Of a stretch of DNA of 64,000 bases, positions 26,557 through 38,064 are shown piece after piece. Below the pieces are notes generated by a model. The model saw nothing but the letters and a program-made list of their open reading frames with translations. It did not search any database and was not told where the DNA came from. The DNA lies in assembly GCF_021869535.1 (NCBI RefSeq), contig NW_026262676.1, forward strand, positions 1,798,001 to 1,862,000, given 5' to 3'. Each line of letters starts with the position of its first letter. The stretch's first letter is position 1. The translations under genes were made by a program, and so were the position numbers. The DNA comes from Mytilus californianus. Taxonomy: Eukaryota.

Positions 26557-27353
26557 CCCACCTGACCACCATATCTAATACGTTAATGGTATGTGCTTAG
26601 CAAAGAAACAGCAATACCAATGTTCAAGTCTTTGGTTTGCCATCACGCTAACCATTACATCACTGTGACTTGTTTTTAGGTAGAATATACACACATCAGA
26701 TGTTTACCTTTGCATGGCTTTATTTATGTGCTCTTTATAGTCCTTCCCACCAATCTGCATGAAGTATTTCTTCTGAAGAAAAAAAAATGCCAGTACATTA
26801 AACCTTCCTTTGCAATGAAATTATTTACAAGTATATATAAACTTACTCTGAAATTCATAGTATTACTTAGTAAACATAACTTATAAGCATCGTTAATTTT
26901 CATACCTCATTGGTTATAATTTAGACCAACAACTTTTCATAAAATTTTAGATTGAGGAAGTTACTATTGTTGTTATAACTGGAATCCATTCCCTTTTGCT
27001 ACATTTGCAAATAAGATCGATTTTAACAATCAGGATTTTCCCTGCTGTTAAGGCCATTTTATCAAATAACAACATTTGACTTCACAAGTTTCATAACATA
27101 CAATTTTAAATGCCTTACTTACGCATAAAGCATACTCTTTTTCTTCACCCAATTGTATGTCCTTTTCTTTAAGTATGTCGATCTCATCTATCTGTTAGAA
27201 TCTATATTCCTTCCTTTTTTATGACATGTTTTGACTATTTAACAACCTCGGTATTGACTGGTTAGAGATACAGTACTTTTCTGTAGTATGACTACTTAGA
27301 CCACTCTGCCACAGAAAAAAGCTATTATAGACAACGGAAGATCATTGACCAAT

Positions 27354-27921
27354 AAACAGCTGCGCCATGAGCGCATGATACGCTTGTTACATTTTCAAAG
27401 AATAAAGTTCTATAACTTCTCAATGTCATATTAGAAATTTATGAAAATCAAAAAGGAGCTTATATCAATAGATATAAACAATTCACCAAACTTTCATTAT
27501 AATTGCTGAAAGAATTTTTGAGTTACATGTATTGTCCCAAAACTGGAAAATTCCCCCTTTTTTAATGCAAAAATCCCGTAACTAGGATATCTATAATCTA
27601 AATATTATAAAATTCTAAAAGAAGCTTACATCAATAGATATAAACAATTCACCAAAGTTTCTTGAGATCTGCTGAGATTTTTGAGATATTGTCCCAAAAC
27701 TAGAAAATCCCCCTTTTTTAATGAATAAAACCCCATAACTCAGAAACGTAAAATCTAAAATTGAAAAAAAAACGAAAGAGAAATCATGTCAATAGATATA
27801 AACAATTCACCAAAGTTTTATGATTGGTTAAAGCGTTATTGAGTTAATGTCCGACATGTTGAAGACGGACTGACGGACGGTCAACGGTATACTTTAATAC
27901 GTCAGTAAACGGGCGTATAAA
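27354..27921 (-). mobile_element. Helentron-type non-autonomous element (HINE)
   Basis: On the minus strand: TTTATACGCCCG start, (GTCC)-like microsatellite, three ~160-165 bp central repeats (ATCAATAGATATAAACAATTCACCA-type anchor near 27464, 27630, 27789), 3' hairpin TGCGC-CATGA-GCGCA. Confidence 0.8.
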
Positions 27922-28296
27922 ATGATAGAAACTCTATAATGAATTTTCATAGAACAGAATTAAGTGAAGTTTTGGTTGTTTGTTTACTACAATTGTCTTT
28001 ACAAAGCTAGGCACCTTAAAAGTAATAAAATGTTGATCTAATAAATCTGTTCACATATTAAATAGCAAAATTCACTTTTTACTGTGGATTCATTTATTTT
28101 TGTGGATACCAATTTTCGTTATTAACGAAAACTTACATGTTTTTGTGGATATTTAATTTCGTGGTTGTTCCAAAGTCTGCATACAAGCCTATGGAAAATT
28201 TGTCATTCGTTGAACATTTAATTTCGTGGTTTACCTGTAACCACGAAAATTGGTATCCAATGAATAATAATGAATTAAGTATTATCCAAAACTTAC

Positions 28297-28875
28297 TTTC
28301 TTCTGATAGCGGAAAAGACTGAGCAACATTTCTTTCTTGTCTTTCGGAATTAGTATTCTTCTTTTGTTGAGATGAATGTTTACCACCTCTTGATTGCTGC
28401 TGAGGAGACCTTGACCTGTATCTCTGTCTATTACTTGAAGTAGACCTTGAATAGGTACACCTTGAAAACAATTGTGACCCCAGATGTCTTGAGGATCTGG
28501 ATCTTGACCTCTGAAAATGATGTCTAGAGGATCTAGATCTTGACCCGTTGTGCCTGGAGGATCTCGAGCTCTGGCGCCTTGATCTCTTATGTCCCGAGGA
28601 TCTGGATCTCTGGCGCCGTGTAGATGATCTAGACCTTTGGCCCCTTACAGATTGACTAGACCTGTCGCTCCTGAATGACTGAGATCTAGATCTGGAATAA
28701 CATGGAGATGGAGACAAGCTTCTAATGCTACAACTTCTACTACTTCCTGTCAGTAAAGACGGAGATGGTAATTTAGTGTCTCTTCTTTTTCTTGTTGTAT
28801 TATCATGCAATGTGTTTCCTATTGCAGATGTTGATGGCGTCTGGGAGTCCATTATGAATGACTGGTTTCTTTTCT
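28297..28875 (-). CDS. Arg/Ser-rich internal exon of an unidentified gene
   Basis: Acceptor tttattttag and donor GTAAGT bound a 579 nt open, phase 1-1 exon rich in RSRS repeats. No partner exons identified. Confidence 0.55.
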
Positions 28876-31202
28876 CTAAAATAAACCAGAACATTTTGCT
28901 ATAATCTTTAAACAAAACTAAATAAATAGGAAACTTTTACACTGATGCCCCGATTGAACTTTTTCAGTAGACCATTAAATTTGGGTAAAAACCTTAACTC
29001 TCATTTGTCATACAATAACAAAAGATCATATCATTAAAATACATTATCCCAGAAAAAAATAACCAGTTAATGGCAATTTGCTTGATAAATATAAATTCTG
29101 ATTAATACTAAGTTGTAAAATTGTAACAGACCTGTACTTTTTTACGCAAAGCCAGTCAGTATTTGCTTTTACCCCTAAATGCTGCTTAATTTCATATCAA
29201 AGGCTGTAAGTACAAATCTAAATTCAATTGGTCTTACCCTCTGAGTTGATATTAGAAGTAGAAAAGGAAAAACTAGAATAGAAAAAAAGAGAAGATTGTC
29301 CTTAAACAAGAAAAACAAGAAATGATGAGAAAACAAAAGGAAGAAAAGCTGGAGCTGCTGATACAAGACATTGAAAAAAAGAACAGGCCCTTGAGTTATT
29401 TCAAGATTATGTTAATTCCATACTAGACAGCGTATCTGTGGTGATCAAGGACTAGCACACTCGGATGGTGAGATTCGTTTTCATGTGGAGTTTGCACAGC
29501 TCGTGCAACACCTATATTTATTGATTTATGAGCGGGACCGACACCACCAGGTTACTTTGGCATCCATCCGTCCCTTAAATATTTTTTGTCGCATATTTCT
29601 TAGGAAATTTATCATATGGAATTCTGAAATTTCTCTTGTCAGTGTTTGTACAAGTTCGCTTTACCGTGTGTTACGTTTTCAGATCCATCACTCAGCAGAA
29701 CAGAGGCATATTAAACTATAAAAATTATTCAGTAGTTGCAAGGACATTACATCTGTCTGACTTATGAGACAACTCTCCACACAAATGAAGTTAATGTATA
29801 TTGTATAAATTTTGGAGAAACTATGTTGGACATGGATAAACATTAAATGGCAAAGATCTTCAGTAAAATAAGACCTAAAAATAAGTTATCATGACCGAAA
29901 TTGCCAATCGAGCTCTCAAAGGAGGTATTGCCCTTATTTGACATATCCTTGCCATTTTATTTTTCAGATATAGGAGCTAGATTAAAAGTTTGATTTGGGA
30001 AATTGATCAACATGATGACATGTATCGACCCTGAAAATTATCGAAAAATCTAACGACTTGTTTTTGAGTTATTGCCCCTGAAATGTCTATTTTTATAATT
30101 TTTAGCAGTTGTTGGCTGTTATCATGAAAACTATATGAGCTAGACTAAAAGTGTAAATAAAAAATATAATAGTCAGCATAACAAGACCTAATTACTATGA
30201 ATTTTTTGGCAACAAGTTTTAGAAGTATTCCCCCTGAAATGTTGATTTTAACTGTTTTTGAAGTTTTGGCTTTTGGTTTCTAAAAACCTATAGGAGCTAG
30301 GTTAAACATGTAAATTGCAAAAATGATCAGCAACAGAAAGAGTAACTAAATTATGTGCATATCAAAGTCCTCATTAGCAAACTGGCGATTTTTTTTTTCA
30401 TCAAGTGAGCAATAAAGACAGATTTGTGCCTCTCATTTATATGTCAAATAAATAATTAATTTTTCTCTGTGAAAAAGCCCACATCCTTACAACAATGCAT
30501 ACTACATGTATTTACGAATGTTGTATACAAAAATGGGTTTGGGAATGAATTAATGATTTTTTGGGATATTTCAAAATAGTTTTAGGGATACGGGATATTT
30601 GTAAAATATATTTATTGGGATATTAAGGGTAAACATTATAGGGATATGGGATATTTGGACAAAAACTTAATGGGATATGGGATATTGATATCCCCCCTAA
30701 ACAAGCCTCACAAGTATAACAGTGACACAGGGAAGAAATATAACAGCAGATCCACAAGAGGGCACACATGATGTTACACTTTAACAAACGGTAATCAATT
30801 CTTTAACTTTTCCAAAAGTATACGTTGCGCAGAAAATTTCTCCTATTGCCTCGAAACCATGCACTGCAAAGTTGAATTGACCATAAATTGAGTGATGACA
30901 AAATGTCTATAAAAAATGTTTAATTCTCGATATGTTACAGTGTTTGTGTTTCTGTTGTGTCGTTGTTCTCCTCTTATATATGATGCGTATCCCTCAGTGT
31001 AGTTTGTAACCCGGATTTGTTTTTTTCTCAATCGATTTATGAGTTTCGAACAGCGGTATACTACTGTTGCCTTTATTGAAAGAATTATGTATATTTTCAG
31101 TACAAAGTTAAAAACTTGAAGATTACAATCCCAAATCCCCATGTGTGATGAAGGGAAATATACCTGTTTTATAGAGAACACACGTGGTAAATTGTCAAGG
31201 TC

Positions 31203-31269
31203 AAGCGTTTTACAGCCGGTTGGGAGAAGACCAAGTGACCATATTTCGTTTCCCTAGTCGCACTTTGGG
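31203..31269 (-). mobile_element. SINE head-only fragment (divergent subfamily)
   Basis: Reverse complement matches the head variant at 44876 (GGAA(A)CGAAATATGGTCAC-TGGTCTTCTCCC). Confidence 0.7.
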
Positions 31270-31281
31270 ATATAAAAATAG

Positions 31282-31684
31282 TGTATTGTATTGTATTGTA
31301 CTTTATTCACAAATATAATAGAAATATTTTCTGAAACTAGGTAATCATATTTATTTGAATTGGTGTTTGAAATTTATGATAACTACAGATGTTGTTAATT
31401 AAATAACAAATTCCATAAATCTTGTATGAGAATTTTATTACTGTTTGGTTTAGGTGAGTATAATGATATTGAAGTGTTTGTGTGGGCTTGCTAATAACTT
31501 ACCAACAATTACTGTCAGATTAGCGTGGTTTTTATATATTATCTAGACTTCTTGTAGGAGCTGTGTAACACACATCCGACATAGACCATGGGTTAGAACA
31601 GGAAGCCCCGAATTGAGAGATATCACTTCCGGCTAAGGATATATACTTCTCCTGAGAGTAGGAGCACCTCTAAGATTCACTACA
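31282..31684 (-). mobile_element. Putative 3' LTR (~400 bp)
   Basis: Minus strand begins TGTAGTG immediately after the purine tract AGGGAGGAG; contains TATATAAAAA and AATAAA; ends ...TACA. The left boundary is uncertain within a TATTG repeat. Confidence 0.6.
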
Positions 31685-31693
31685 CTCCTCCCT
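31685..31693 (-). promoter_or_regulatory. Polypurine tract (PPT)
   Basis: AGGGAGGAG abutting the TG start of the putative LTR. Confidence 0.6.
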
Positions 31694-31912
31694 GTCATCT
31701 TCTTTTTGTTGACAATTCTCATGGTTGTGAAGACAGTTTCACTAAAGTTCCTATCCGCAGAATTTCCATTTGTATCCATGTTTTAATAGACGTAACATAT
31801 TATTGCAAATATCCATATTATTAAAAATCCAATCCAATGTAATAAAATGTTAACAACTCGTCGGAATAACATAGAGTGACTTTGAACGTTCCTTCACCAT
31901 TCAGATCTCCTT

Positions 31913-32090
31913 CCTTACACAAAACTCTAAGTGAACAGCACAGATGTCGCACACTAGAATTCCGCATAACATAAATTACTCTGATTCTTCATCATCTTAT
32001 CCTTACACAAAACTCTAAGTGAACAGCACAGCTGTCGCACACTAGAATTCCACATAACATAAATTATTCTGATTCTTCATCATCCTATCT
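31913..32090. repeat. 88 bp tandem duplication in the 3' UTR region
   Basis: CCTTACACAAAACTCTAAGTGAACAGCACAG at 31913 and 32001. Confidence 0.9.
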
Positions 32091-32242
32091 CATTCCTTCC
32101 ACCAATATAGTTATTAACATATATAGATATAAATGTCCATCAATCACATACTCTTTAAATCCTTTTAAAGAGGAAACATTATTATTAAACCACATAAAAA
32201 AATATGTACATATATATATATAAAGTCACAATTATTTGTATC

Positions 32243-33749
32243 TCACTGTAATTTGTAGATTCTTTTAAAATTTTCAGTAGTAATCCTGAAGACATCTTCA
32301 ATTGGTTGCTGTAAAAGTTCAGATATTTTTAGTGCCACTCCATGTACTGAGTAGGGATTTCCAATAGTGTGAGAATGAAGAGGAATATACGGAGCATCTG
32401 ATTCCAAAACTACACGTGTAATGCCAAAGGTTTTCACAATTTCTACAATATTTGAATACCGGTCTTTCAAAATAAATGGAGTAATGCCAAAAACAATGTT
32501 AGAAAACTGGCTGACCGCTGCTGAATAAAGTTGAGTGGTACAGGTAAAACAATGCCAATGAATTAGTTGATCTGGTTTACATATTTCACTTAATGTGGCC
32601 AAAACGTGTTCATGCAGTGATGGTTTTCCTCTTGAGTGAAAAACTACAGTTAAATTCAGTTCTGTGGCCAAATAAAGTTGTTTTCTGAAATATTTTACCT
32701 GTCGTTCGAAATCTCTTCTTGAAGGATTAGTAGGGTCATCTAAACCAATCTCTCCAACTGCCACTGTTGTTGTTGATTTTAGTAAATTTTGAAGGTCAGT
32801 CCAATTATGTTCAAGAGATGAAGTTGAAGATGAGCTTATAATTTTAGGATGAATGCCAAAGGTGAATCTTAACCGGTTATCTTTTCTAAATTCGCTGCGC
32901 TGTGCTGAGTTTGGCCAAGCTGAAGGAAAAACAAAGTTAGCAATGGCATATTTCAATTCTGTTTTATATGTGCTTTGGGAGCCAAGGTCTTCCAGATCCT
33001 GGAAAGCTCCACTACCCATCTGCCTGCATAGTTGGTCTAGATGAAAATGAGAGTCTATAACGTGTAGTGGTCCGGATAACTTTATACTCAGCTGTCCAAT
33101 TTGAAGTCCTTCTTTGTGTTTTTCTTTCTTCGAATTTTAACAGCCAAAGTTGTTCATCTGAATTTAAATAACCAATTAGATTTTTAAGAATTTTCCAATG
33201 TAAAATATGATGAATTTTCAATAATGGGGTTGCTGGAATTTTGTAGTTAGAGGCAGGTTACAAACAATTTAATTTCAAGAAAGCATCCACGAGTTTAACT
33301 TCTGAAATATGGAATTCTGTAGGCGGCAACTGTGTCCTTATTCTCATTATGGCATTCAGTTTCTCTTCAAGGCCTACAGGGAAGGAGGTACCTATTGCAC
33401 GAGCTAACTCTCGTAGAAGACCGTTCATTAGCTCGGCGTACATCACTTCCCTGTTCTTAAAGGTAGCATCAATATAATTTGTTGGATGACAGCGAGTTAT
33501 GTGCTTACTCAGGAAATTGGCTGTCTGTTCCTGAGTACCACAAATCCAACAGGCAGTCTCTGGCGCCACATACCATGGTAGATGGGTTTGAATGGTGTGT
33601 CTCCTTGGGTTGGTAAATGTGTGGAAGCAAATATCACACTCCCTGTGCAGCAAGCGGACATTCTTGGCCTCGCCTCTGATAGCTACCTGTCTTTTAGGTT
33701 CATTTAAGTGATCCTGGTCCTCCTCGTAATCCAATTCTTCCTCGCTCAT
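32243..33749 (-). pseudogene. tatD: Intronless Zn-finger-like + TatD nuclease ORF (~500 aa; one in-frame stop, one frameshift)
   Basis: TatD motifs: DSHFHLD (33055 onward, in frame with ORF 32243-33019), GIHP, VAVGEIGLD, VFHSR, HWHCF, LESDAPY. N-terminal C-x2-C...H-x4-H and C-x2-C...H motifs. Stop at 33258-33260; frameshift near 33060. Confidence 0.88.
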
Positions 33750-33948
33750 TTTACCTGGAAAATACTGAATGACCCTACTCATTAAAACTTTTATTTTTTT
33801 TAAATAAAGCTATGAAAATGAGCAAACACTATTACCTTTACGTGTATTCGTGAAATAAAAATAGAAAAAATAAAATAATTTTTTACATAATTTAACATAA
33901 TACTAGTATACAAAAATATTTAAAAGCATTTGTGATTAACATCATCAC

Positions 33949-34190
33949 TCAAGTCTCTTCGCTAACTACATCCACAACATAATCTGACAAATAGCTTGGC
34001 AGAACCCTCTTTCTTTTTTCTCTGCCTGATGTTTCAGTTTTATCAGGCACTTTTAAAGTATTCTTATCCGGGGACAAGAGAACAGCACTGCTGTCTCAGT
34101 CTGATGTTTCAGTTTTATCAGGCACTTTTAAAGTATTCTTATCATGGGACAAGAGAACAGCACTGCTGTCACTATTGCCACTACTCATTT
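33949..34190 (-). mobile_element. LTR-retrotransposon pol C-terminal tail with an in-frame 75 bp duplication
   Basis: ...SGREKRKRVLPSYLSDYVVDVVSEET*, matching the R-x-R-K-x-P-x-Y-L-x-D-Y-V motif common at pol C-termini. Duplicated unit at 34026 and 34101. Confidence 0.6.
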
Positions 34191-34194
34191 TAGC

Positions 34195-34360
34195 CAAATC
34201 GAAAAGTTTGGTGACAATTATTGCTACATTCTACTTTATATTTGTTCTCATCTGTTTGTGGCATACCATATTTTGTCAATCCATGCTTAATCATGTATGC
34301 CAGTCTATGTGCAGCTTCCCTTTTTCTTCATCCCCTGGCCATTTCACAACCTACTGCCAA
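34195..34360 (-). pseudogene. His-Me finger (HNH-type) endonuclease fragment
   Basis: VVKWPGDEEK(fs)REAAHRLAYMIKHG...VECSNNCH resembles AHRLAY...SHLCH of zf-His_Me endonucleases; the downstream half is missing. Confidence 0.45.
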
Positions 34361-35424
34361 AGTTTTGCGGATTGAATGTAAAGAAATAATTGCGCTCTTA
34401 TAACCGTATGTATGATATGCAAGTTCCTTCAATTAAATTTAAAATACATACGAAAATACATTGATGACATAAATTAGAATATGGATAGAACAAAAGCACA
34501 TCACAACAAAACAGCTAATCTATGTCTGAAATAACTGAAGAACGATTAATGCCTTGGTTGTATTAATGTCTTCTTATTTGGAAATGTCTCGTTGGTTGTT
34601 GTTGTTGAACCTGTTGGACTTGCTGTTGTTGGTGTGCAGGTTGTTGTGGTTGGACTGGTTGCTGATGATGTACTGCTTGCTTTTGAATCAATGGTGGTTG
34701 AATTTGCTCTTAATGGAGTTATTGTTCAATGAGGTAATTTTTGTGCAGTTTTTAATACTTCAGGAATGTATCTGTTACGTATATCTTTATTCTTGAACGT
34801 GTAGTTATATCTGACGAAAGAATGTACGACAGCAAGTCACAATGTTTTTTTTACGTCAGACAGGTAATAAAAAAATAAATTTGTGGTTTATAGTATGAAG
34901 AGGTGCAGTTAACGATTTTTATGGGAATAAATGAGGTATCGTCGGAAGTTGTTTTCACCAGCTAAGTTTGCGGTTGACTTATTATTAAACAATGTGGATA
35001 GATTATTGTTATATGATGTAATGTTTTGTTAGGATTTGTGTATCATTTATTGCAACTAGGCTATTGTCCACTGATTTGATCTTTTCCATGGCTTCTAGTA
35101 TTGCTGGAAGGATATCCTAAAAAATCTCAAAGGCATCATGTCTTTCCACCCATCTTGTTCTACATAACTCCTTCAATTTCATTCATTTTGTTTCATTTCT
35201 GTAATGTTGAAGCTGATCCTCTAGGAATGATTGCCTTTTATGAAATGAGATATTTTTGAGAATTTTGGACTGAATCGGTCTTTGGAGTATAGGTGTTGTC
35301 TGTTCTATGGTCGGGTTGTTGTCTCTTTGACACATTCCCCATTTCCATTCTCAATTTTTATTGTATATCTCACATAACTAACAATCATCAGCATTGTTCT
35401 GGGTGGAAAATAGTTGGTTTGAAA

Positions 35425-36178
35425 CAATAATATAAAAATATTGAAGAGCAAAATGAAATACCAAGACGACTGCCGTGTAAAGCCAATAATCAAGATATGG
35501 TAGATTCTTACAGATGTAGCACTTTTTTTTACTCATTGAATTTTCCTATAAAATTGCATAGATGTACTTTGCATTGACCTCTATCAACATTTGAGCAGAA
35601 AATATGAAATATTCTGGTTCGTTTCCATGGTAACTGTACCCAAAGTTAGCATTTGCATTGTACGTATAAATTATTACTGAAGTAACTTTAATATATATTT
35701 TTCAACCTTTAATATTAAAATGGAAGATTTGTTCTGTATATATCACACACAATTATTGTATAAGTAAAAAAAAAAACACAAACAATGGCAGTAGTATGTA
35801 TATTAAGTCATACTGACAAAGAAACAATCACCATAGCAACACACCAAAAAACAAAGATTTTTGTTAAAGTTTTTTATTTCTTGGATTAGAAAAAAAATAT
35901 TCATTGAATTCTTCTATAAATTTTGTTATAGCCAAAACAATGTGCTTTCAAATAATTAACAGAAAAATATGAATATTCTGACTATTTTAAGAATTATGTG
36001 GATGTTTGTACACCCTCATAACAAAAAAAAATAATTATTATGTACAGAATATGGCACATATGGTAAGTTTTCTCATATACTAATAGGATATAATGTTATG
36101 TGAGGATAAAACGACAAACGAATAGACGAACAGGGGCAATTAATATGCCCCTCGACATTTTGTCACTGGTGTAACAAC
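35425..36178 (-). mobile_element. Degenerate Helentron-type non-autonomous element
   Basis: The minus-strand start GACAAAATGTCGAGGGGCATATTAATTGCCCCTGTTCGTC resembles HINE 5' ends; the 3' boundary is approximate. Confidence 0.45.
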
Positions 36179-36290
36179 CAAGAACAGTGCTCTAGGCCCT
36201 CTGCCACTTACACCATATCTAACATATCCATGCAAATCAAATTTTACCAACAAAGTATTGGCAAACAGGAAGTTGGCTTCGTAGGTTGTG

Positions 36291-36777
36291 ACCCCCAAGG
36301 GTGACTGGGGAATAGAAGTATGGTCACCATTGGTCTTCCTCCGACCGGCAGTCCCCCCAAGGGTGACTGGGGAATAGAAGTATGGTCACCATTGGTCTTC
36401 CTCCGACCGGCAGTAAAACCCTTGCTAAAGTGGGGCGTCCGTTTGGCTGTGCGGGATGTACAAATTTGCAGCCACGTCCGGTCAGAATGGGGACGTTAAA
36501 TCCGATGCCTCGTGTGAAGAGAGTGCCACGCTCTTTGCACGTTAAGAACCCTTGCAACAACTCTTTGAGGGGTCCGTAGGTGACCTGTTGCAAGGCTAAA
36601 TTTCTGTCCCTATCCAATATATCCTCATTTCCCGTGGCAGTCTAAATTTCTCCGACCTTAATCCCGGACACCCCTATAACAGAACCTACCTATTGTATTT
36701 ATTGTTAATTTGTTCTCGTCCTGAATATGCATGAAATATTTGCCACTGGACGTTAAGCAACCAACAATCAATCAATC
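36291..36777 (+). mobile_element. Full-length SINE preceded by a duplicated 62 bp head
   Basis: Head 36291-36352 is repeated at 36353; complete body and (CAAT)n tail; no TSD seen. Confidence 0.95.
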
Positions 36778-37504
36778 GATCTACAAAAAAAAATTAAAAT
36801 AAGTTCTTGATTGTTGGTGTACTGTATTATTGGTGTCTTGTTGAAGAATATTCAAAATCTTCTTTGGTTCATACATGAAGTGAATAAAATAATAAAATTA
36901 AATGACTATTTCAGATCAGTTAATTACTAAGATTCTGTCAAAACATTGGATCAGAGAAGGATGTGAAAAAGTAATGAGATAAGCTTGCATCAGTGAATGA
37001 CATTGGATCACTGGAAATCTGTATAACTAATGGAAGTTTATAGGAGAAAGACTTGATTTAAGAGGCTGTCATTTAGCATTAACAATCATTCTATGTTACA
37101 GTTAATTTGTAAAACCATGGAACTGATTTTATAAAATCCCTGATTTTGACTAGAGATTTTTACAAAATCACCGAAATAAGTAATATCTTTATAACAGATT
37201 TCCTAAATAAATTTCAGAGAATTTGAAATACAAAATCGGTTTGATTAAAAATTCTTCAAAAAACCAATGTGAGGTTAATTTAGCCTTTTATGTTAATACA
37301 AAGTGAGTGTTCTTCTAGTAAAAAAAAAATGTACATGATTAAATCGAAAATTAGTCTCAATTAACGATTCCGTCTTAAGTAATGATACGGAAACATATTC
37401 CCCATTCGCATTCTCAATTTTATTTGTCATAAATATATTTAATGCACAACTGTTTCAACTTTTTAAATTGTTTGTCATAAATAGATTCATTCAATAAACA
37501 ACTG

Positions 37505-37830
37505 TTACCATTCGGTAAAACTTTTTGGGTTGCATTCCGAACACCGCAAGAACTCTTATTGGTTTTGATGATCGGAACTTAAGGGACATGACACAACGGT
37601 GCTCACTTCTGGAACAAAGTCACCAAATACACTGGCTGCATCTTTTAATTTAGTGTACTAGTATTCCAGTCTCAGTGTTATCCCTTTCTTGTCTGGACGA
37701 CATCTGGCTTGTGTGATGGAAGCCACTTCTGTCTTAAATCCACGCACACACTGGTCGAACCTATTGTGAGATAGAAGTTACCTTTCGGGTGTGATTTGTA
37801 CACTTGGAGAGTCTCCTTCATTCTGTCAGG
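37505..37830 (-). pseudogene. PC4-like ssDNA-binding protein remnant with C-terminal Cys/His motif
   Basis: VCVDLRQKWLP...(fs)KKGITL...LKDA...VSCPLSSDHQNQ*EFLRCSECNP...W*, an architecture I associate with Maverick/Polinton-type genes. Confidence 0.55.
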
Positions 37831-37869
37831 TGAGTTTTTTTTTTTCGCTTAAGTATTTTGCAATATAAA

Positions 37870-38060
37870 TAAAGAAGATGTGGTATGATTGTCAATGAGA
37901 TAACTTTCCACAAGAGACCAAAATGACACAGAAATTAACAACTATAGGTCACCGTACGGCCTTCAACAATAAACAAAGCCCATACCGCATAGTCAGCTAT
38001 AAAAGGCCCCGAAATGACAATGTAAAACAATTCAAACGAGAAAACTAAAGGCCTAATTTA
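37870..38060 (+). repeat. Unclassified interspersed repeat (short copy)
   Basis: Near-identical to 20338-20525. Confidence 0.85.
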
Positions 38061-38064
38061 TGTA

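Noticed and set aside
29465-29540. DGEIRFHVEFAQ... as a Polinton capsid C-terminus
   Set aside because: Similarity is too short and weak to support.
36291-36375. SINE head as a canonical HDV ribozyme or as 5S rRNA-derived
   Set aside because: No P1 3' strand lies between P3 and the GG. The 5S resemblance is limited to two short words (GGGTGAC, TGGGGAATA).
36324-36617. Recurrent ORFs MDRDRNLALQQVTYGP... (antisense) and MVTIGLPP... (sense) in SINE copies
   Set aside because: They recur only because the copies are near-identical; several start at non-ATG codons, the ends vary with flanking DNA, and I recognise no domain.
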